Below are positions 56,935 through 64,000 of a stretch of 64,000 bases of DNA, piece by piece. Made by a program: the position numbers and the translations under genes. Within the stretch, counting starts at the first letter, position 1, and each line of letters opens with the position of its first letter. The notes below the pieces were generated by a model. That model did not search any database and had not been told where the DNA came from. It was given only the letters and a program-made list of their open reading frames with translations. The DNA comes from Eledone cirrhosa (taxonomy: Eukaryota): contig OZ024741.1 of assembly GCA_964016885.1 (NCBI GenBank), positions 173,166,001 through 173,230,000 on the forward strand, read 5' to 3'.

Positions 56935-57492
56935 AAGTTATTGACGCCCTGGAGTTAGACATATGGTCTTTAATGCGTTGAAATGGCCTTGATCTCCAGC
57001 AGACAACAGAAGAAGGGATTGTCCCCCGTTTCTGCTTTCCTTTTCTTTTTACATATACTTTATCAAGTAACCACACAGCCCCGTTTCTGCCAAATTTTTA
57101 TTAATTTTTTGCTGTGACCTGTTCTTTCTTTCTCTCACTTATACTCTCTTTCTCTCTGATCCCCTACTACTTCCGTTTTCTCTCATCTCTGCCTCTTTTC
57201 ACCTACTCCCACCGAGGTTAGACTTGTTTATCTCCGCTCTCCCTATCTTGCTGTCAATAAAAGCCACGCACTTATGTTCAGTAGCTGTTTTGACTTCTCT
57301 CTCTCTCTCTAACGGCTACTTACATACATGTGCTTCTCATGTTCGCCCCTTTTTCGGTGTGTTCTCTGCGTTTCCCTTCTCCAAGTTATTGACGCACCGG
57401 AGTTAGACATATTGTCTTTAATGCTCATGATCTCCAGCAGACAATTAAAGAATGGATTGCCCCCGTTTGTGCTTCCCTTTTTTTATTTTTAC
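56935..57492 (+). repeat. Diverged ~115-bp direct repeat (56935-57052 / 57383-57492), pLTR-like
   Basis: AAGTTATTGACGC..GGAGTTAGACATAT..TGATCTCCAGCAGACAA..GGATTG.CCCCGTTT in both. Confidence 0.7.
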
Positions 57493-57512
57493 ACACACAT
57501 ACATACATATAT

Positions 57513-58047
57513 ATATTACTTAAAATACATAGCAACTAAGCATATGCTTTCATTAGTACTAACAGTTTCATGATGGCGTCCAATTAATCAAAGCAGATTA
57601 ATCTCGCATGCAATATCAATCTTCAGCCATCATGGGAAAATATATATATGCTTCCAGTGCGTTTAGGAAAAAAAGTTGTTTTTCTATCCTAGGACAGGCA
57701 ACTCTTGAGGAAAAGTTTTTGTTTGTTTGTTTGCTTTTTATTCATGTCAGATGCATTTGCTTTTTGTCTGAAATGGCACATGGGTAGGAAAAGGAATTTT
57801 CACTTGATATCCAGTTGATTTTCCTGGCAGTCAAACGGGTGTCAGTGTTGTAACAGTTATTTGGTGAGTGATTTGGGCGTCTGGTTACGTGGAAATAAAG
57901 AAAACCCCGGAGGCATATATATTTTTTCATAAAGGCTAAAGATTGATGGTACACGAGATTAATATGCTACAAATAATCGGATGCCATCATGAAACTCTTG
58001 ATTACTGATGAAAACATGCTTAGTTGCCACGTATTTTAAGTAATATA
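57513..58047. mobile_element. Old PLE-type fold-back with hammerhead (57553-57630 minus; decayed mate ~57932-57995 plus)
   Basis: Diverged ~150-bp inverted arms. Minus: TGG-CTGAAGA-T-TGAT...ATCA-T-GAA-ACT(gtt)AGT-A-CTA. Mate has CTAAAGA and TGATGGTA/TGCCATCA stem II. Confidence 0.6.
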
Positions 58048-58114
58048 TGGTAACTCGATATTTACATATCTAAAGCTCATTCTTTTATAATTACAATCAC
58101 ACTCAGATATATAT

Positions 58115-58555
58115 ATCTATCTATCTAAGGCGGGTAAAATTCCCGAGATCCATGGACGAGTTCTCTCCAGCGGTCTGTCCCTCATTATCGCTGCCATATC
58201 CTGCATCTCCAACAGACCAGTGTCTGTCCTTAGGGCATCAACATATGTTAACCTTGGTCTTCCTCTTCTAGTGTGTCCATGTAGGGGCTCCCAAAGGAGC
58301 ACTGAGTGCAATGTCAACTCTGGATGTCGGTGAGCATGTCCAGCCAACCTCAGTCTCCTCTGTGTCACTTTTGAGCTGACTTTTGGGATGCTCCCATACA
58401 GCTCTGAGTTTTTCATCCTCAGTGTATACTGATTAATGTTCAGAGCCATCCTCAGCATTCTCGTGTAGCACCCATCCACCATCTGAGTGAGTCTCTTGGT
58501 CAGTGTCCAAGTCTCAGACCCATACAGCAGCACAGACTCCACTACAGCAATGAAG
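58115..58555 (-). mobile_element. 3' fragment of RTE-X-like LINE with (TAGA)n tail
   Basis: VESVLLYGSETWTLT..DGCYTRMLRMALN..RRLRLAGH..LLWEP..GRPRLTYVD. Confidence 0.88.
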
Positions 58556-58866
58556 TGATAAATATATTATATGTGTATATGCCTATATCTACCTCTCTCT
58601 CATATATATATATTATATGTGTATATGCCTATATCTACCTCTCTCTCATACATATATTGAGGCGAAACCGTCGGTAAAAGCATTTTGGATAGGTAAATAT
58701 TTAAATCATATTTTAATTTATTTAAAAGATTGTTTAATGTTTACTTGTTCCGCTCATCTCAATTTTATAGTTCTGGTATCTCAAATTAATACCATTGAAC
58801 AACAAATGTATTATAGACACCCTATATATTTCCGTGGGTACTTAGTCCCTGTGGGGATATTCATCT

Positions 58867-58916
<50 letters not shown>

Positions 58917-59741
58917 ATATATATATATATGTGTGTATATATATTTTTTAGAGAAGGTACGGTTCTTTTATTCTCTTACTGGTTTCAATCACAGACTGTG
59001 GCTATGTTGGAGCCCTTTCATTTTAAATGGCTCAGCCTCATATACGGAGCCATACACACATGCACATCATCAACATTTAACGTCCATTCTTCCTACTAGC
59101 AAAGGTTGGATGGATTGTCACAGTCCAAGTTAGTGCTTAATCAGGACTAGGGACATCTCAGATGGGTTGGGACCCATGTCTTGTTTACAGAAGATACTTG
59201 CCCAAGGTGCTATACAGAGGAACAGATTTCAAAGGTCCACTGGATGCAAAGCAAACTTTTTAACCACAGTCATGCCCTTAAGCATGAGCCAAAACCATTT
59301 CAAAGAGTACTTTACAGTGAAACTCTATACTTTTATAGGTATTCCTGCAATACATTAACTTCAAACGTTTGAAAGCAATTTTAATCTGCTTCACTGAGTA
59401 ATCACTGGGAAGGTAAACAAATCTACATATTCTAGCAATGTCCTGCCTCTTTGGATACTAAAAAAGAAAAATATCTTAAAATGATCATTAATAATGACAA
59501 CTTCAAAAAGCAAAAAAACAAAACAAAACACAATTCAATGTTTATGTTGCAAAATGTTTAATTTTGAAGCAAAGTTTAATCTCTTTATAGAGGACTTATA
59601 TCATACATACATGTATATAATATATATATATATATTGATATGTATGTGTGTGTATGTATACATGTGTGTATGTATGTATATTGTGTAAGGTGTACAACGA
59701 AACAAAGATATAAGAACATGTATACATATGCACACAATCTC

Positions 59742-59772
<31 letters not shown>

Positions 59773-59963
59773 TATACATATATATATATACATATAAATA
59801 TATACATATACACATACATACATATATTATATATATATATGTGTGTATGTATATATATATACACACACACACATACACATACATACATAGATATATACAT
59901 ATATATAAAATATATAAACACATGTATATATATATATAGAGAGAGAGAGAGATTTTATATGTT

Positions 59964-60012
<49 letters not shown>

Positions 60013-61829
60013 AAATTATGACAGGTTTCAAATTATTTTTTCTCATGAAAGAGATGGACTATAATACAATGATGTTGTTACATTGAGAACAAACCAGAAA
60101 GTCCATAGGAAGATCTTAATGTCTTACAAACGTTTCTGTGTGTATGAGTGTGTGCATGTGTGTGTATGTATGTCCAGAGTTATAAAACATCTGGATTTAG
60201 TGACATATGACAAAGTTGTTTTGTCATTAAGCAAAGGACAAAAAAAAATTGTGGTTTAAAAAAAATGAAAGCAGGCAAATATATTTCTTGGGGGAGATTT
60301 CTGATTTTTAAAAGATCATATATTTTTTCTTTTTCTAGTTCACTTCTTTTATCAGCTTATTTCAAAATAATAATCAAGAAGTTGGAAGTTGGAGAGCAGT
60401 TTATTGAATATGTGTGTGCATGTACCATTCAGGATTGGAAAGGAGTTGCTATGTTTGGTGTGTGTGTATTTGTGTATATGTGTTTAGGCATGTATGCGTG
60501 TTTGTGTATATGTGTTTTTATCTGTGTCTCTCAGTATCTGTGTGTGAGTGTATGAGTGTGTGAGAGACAGATTGTGAGTGTATATGTTTTACTCAAGATT
60601 GGAGACGAGTTTATTCTTATAGTGCTTGGTTTCCGAAGCTGTGTGATTATTCCATTTTGATGGTGATGAACACAGAAAATGTCTCGACCATGAAAAGGTT
60701 TACGTTTTTGTAACCAGTTGATATCATAATTTATCTCTGAAAATACATAGTGGTAAATAAATATATAAAAATAATCCCTAATTACAAAAAAAAATGGATA
60801 AAAAAATAAATTTAAAAAAACACTAAGTGCCACAAGAGATTGCCATATGGAATTTTGTCCAACACTAAGAATTCCACTAATCCACTGCTATGGACTGGGT
60901 CTTTATTTTATTGACATGAAAATATGGAAAATAAAGATCAGAGGTGCAAAGAGCCAGAACAAATATGCATTATTTAACCAGACATTCAAATGACTCAGCT
61001 GATTTTCTGCTTTACAGAATTATGTGTACAAAAATTGTATTTAAACCCTTTTGTTACCTAGTAGCTTAAGATTGACCCCACTTCTGTGTTTCCAACCTGC
61101 ACCAAAACTACACACATTAAAATGGTGGTATTCAAATAAAATATTAACAGATATCTCTTTAAACTACTTCAATAATAACTATTGTAATTAGAGTGATTTT
61201 GAGACAAAAATTCCATTATAGTTTTAAGTTAAGAACTTTTTGTTATGTCGTATTTGCAACATCAGCTTACTATAATAACAAGCACAAAAATTCTTCAATG
61301 CCAAAATTAACTGAACTATATAGATAGATTGTCGGTTAGAGTTAAGGTCATAAATAGGTTAAATATTACTGAATACCGATTAGATAATTATTTGTGTTGC
61401 TGACAACTGACATCAACCTCAAACAGCTGCTTGCTACTATTTTATGAAGCATAAATAGAAAAAAAAAACTAAACAGTCACTCACAGCTAAGGAAGAAATA
61501 AAATTCTAAAATTCTATAATTCAAGGCCATTTCATAAAAAAAACAATTCCAAACAAGAAAAAGATATCAAGACAAACAGAAAAGAAAACAAGAAAAAGAA
61601 AAGAGAAAACAGAAGCCAAAATTAGTAGTAAATTAATAAATAGAAGACACTCCCTAATAACAACTAATAGCTGCTTAGTATTTGATAGATCCCCCTTTGG
61701 TTTCAATAATGAACATTGTCATTCAATCAACAAAATATCTGACGAGTGAACCTTTAACATAATTCTCAGGCAGAATCATTGTAATGCAATATGTGACGAA
61801 TCTAAACCTTTTGAATTAAAAGTACAATC

Positions 61830-62448
61830 CACCTGATAGGCTTCCACAGTCTCCATCTACCCAGTTTTATAAAGAAGGCTTGGGTCAATCTGAGGCTATG
61901 GTAAAGACACTTGCCTAAATTGCCATGCAGTGAGATCAAACCTGAGACCTCATGACTGTGAGACAAACTTCTTTACCACTCAGCCATACCTGCATCCACA
62001 TTGTGTGTGCGAGTGTGCATGTACGTATGTGTATATATATATATACATAAATTTATATGCACGCACACTCTTTGAAAACAGGGGAATAAAAATAAAAGAA
62101 TTTTTTAAAAAGAGTAAAAGGGCCTTAACTCTTGATGGAGAAGCAGGAGCTACGTACTGACACATATTGCCTTGTCTTGGACATTCTTTAAACTGGGTGG
62201 AAGCCATCCCTCTCCTGATTGGAACACAGCTGATTTCTTGCAGAGAAAGCAAGAATAAAAGAGAGAGATAGGGGGAGTGACAGAGAGTGATATAGAGAAA
62301 GAAGGGAAGAACCAACTTTATTTATTGACTTCGATAAGATGAAAGGCAAAGTTGACCCTGGTGAGATTTGAACACAGAGCGCAGAGAGTCAGAACATATT
62401 TCGAAGCATTTTTAATTTGACATCCTAACAACTCTGCCAATTCGCCAC
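61830..62448 (-). mobile_element. Two degenerate SINEs (~61830-61992, 62318-62448)
   Basis: Reverse-complemented B boxes and family cores (GATGAAAGGCAAAGTTGACC..GATTTGAAC; AAGACACTTGCC). Confidence 0.65.
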
Positions 62449-62691
62449 CATAAATGAGTAATTACACAACCATTTTCTGCAAGCCATAAACAGTTAGCAA
62501 AGCTCAGAACAGAACGCTATTAGGTGTTAACAAAAAACAGGATTTCAGCAGAATCCATTTCAAATACACACGTATTATGAAATGGTTAGAAATGTTTTAA
62601 TTTCCAACATTTTTTTTTCTTAAACAAAGAGCGTTATTTTAAAACATGGAGGTCTGAATGATTCTGAAGTTTTAAAATAACCATAACTTAC

Positions 62692-62809
62692 CTTGTGTAA
62701 CAAATGAAGTCTTGAAATCTGAATAATGGATAGGGTTTAACAATTTGAGAACATTTGCAGAAAAAATGCATATGAAAGTTAAAAATGCAACTGAAGATAT
62801 TATGATCAT
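62692..62809 (-). CDS. Candidate first coding exon of a host secreted or membrane protein (MIIISSVAFLTFICIFSANVLKLLNPIHYSDFKTSFVTQ)
   Basis: ATG at 62809 directly after an in-frame TAG; hydrophobic N-terminus; ends at perfect AAG|GTAAGT donor (62691-62686); plausible upstream acceptor TTTAG| at 62913; non-repetitive context. No homology evidence. Confidence 0.35.
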
Positions 62810-63693
62810 CTAGTAAATATGGACATCACAACTGATCCCAGTACAAACTGCATGATCAGTTATTACAGATATTCCTAAACACCAAGTATTAGTTTAAAAT
62901 ATGTAACAGAACCTAAACTAGTTAATTTGGCAAGACACGCAATAAGATTAAATCTTTGATCAAGGTAAAAAAAAGGAAAGAAAGCTGTGCACAAGAAGCA
63001 TGCACTTCAAGAAATCTTTGATATGAGACTGATCACCAAAGACAAGCACAATTATGTGTTGATTGCAAAAAACATACTTGTTAAAGAAAGAAAATGAATG
63101 CCAAACAGCCAACAGAAGAAATTGTCAGTGAAGAAGCAACAAAAAAATATTTTTTTTAAATAAAAGCAAATTTTAAATGACCTAAACAAATGTCTCAACT
63201 GAAACTGAAACATCTCAAATTTTTGGTTAAAATGAGTGAAATGTGTGCAATATGGTAGCAGTGAATCAGAGAAAGGATATACCCCCATACCATTCAATAG
63301 AGTAAATTGTATGAGATAAAGCATCATTGTTCATGCTATATAGCAGATGTTTCCAATGCACTCTTTACAAAACTAAAACAAAAACTTCAAAAAGAAAAAA
63401 ATAATAAACAAATTTTTAAATATAATTTGTTTTTAAATATGCATTCTATGCTGTTAAATAAACTATAAAATAAATAAAAAGTTTTATATAAAAAAAAACA
63501 CACATACCCATACACACTTATAAGATCAGAAGCCTATAAAATTTAACAATTTCATAACCATAACTAATGATATAAACTGATTTTGAAAATAAACAATTAA
63601 GGGATTCAATGAAATAAGTCGTTTTTGTTTCTAACATAACTTGACAAAATGTTCTTATATATAAAAAAATAAATTATGATGGAAGGTTTAAAT

Positions 63694-63995
63694 TTAACGC
63701 TTTTGTTACCATAATTCTAATGAAAGAGACTGCTTATGATTTTCAAGTACTTTTTTAAATAATCAAGAATTTGGAGAAATTTAGTAATACGTATAACTTT
63801 CTCATTATTAAGCTGGTGGAACACATCTTAACATGGGATCTTGTACGAAATTATGATGGAAGGTTTAACATTACAGACCTAGAAGCAGTTTCCAGTGGTT
63901 TAGTATTAATATGGTTAAATATGAAAAATTTAAAACATGATTTTGTATTACAAACCTAAGGGTGGTCACAGGCATGATAGTATTAAAAGGGTTAA
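63694..63995. mobile_element. Degenerate piggyBac-like MITE
   Basis: TTAAC(G)CTTTT ... AAAAGGGTTAA termini. Confidence 0.5.
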
Positions 63996-64000
63996 TTAAA

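Noticed and set aside
58660-58682. GGC-GAAACCGTCGGTA half-hammerhead
   Set aside because: 5' half absent (truncated)

Overview
Repeat-saturated eukaryotic (animal) DNA. The (TA)n/(TG)n microsatellite load, tRNA-derived SINE families and LINE types look like an Octopus/cephalopod genome (inference from recalled repeat families, not from a search). No prokaryotic genes, rRNA/tRNA genes or CRISPR. Most long ORF-track entries (YI/VC/ER runs) are microsatellite artefacts. Real content: (i) seven Penelope-like element (PLE) insertions with coding remnants from two RT lineages (RT plus C-terminal GIY-YIG), plus several ORF-less pseudo-LTR remnants, nearly all ending in (TA)n and often folded back as inverted repeats; (ii) about 16 hammerhead-ribozyme (HHR) motifs, folded by eye, from roughly a dozen unrelated sequence families, with recurrent non-canonical features (U-U at the base of stem II, palindromic stem III, U4 substitutions, long stem II inserts); (iii) two Tx1/L1-type LINEs whose ORF1 stop codon lies inside a conserved AG|GTRAGT splice-donor motif that would fuse ORF1 and ORF2 in frame; (iv) RTE, RTE-X and CR1-type LINE fragments, including non-autonomous bipartite RTE-like elements with a structured 5' end; (v) a Helitron with a head-to-tail junction, mariner and piggyBac-like MITE remnants, many SINEs, a 23-bp minisatellite and a 494-bp tandem; (vi) one candidate host exon encoding a signal-peptide-like N-terminus near the right end. 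Coordinates were read by eye and may be off by a few nt.
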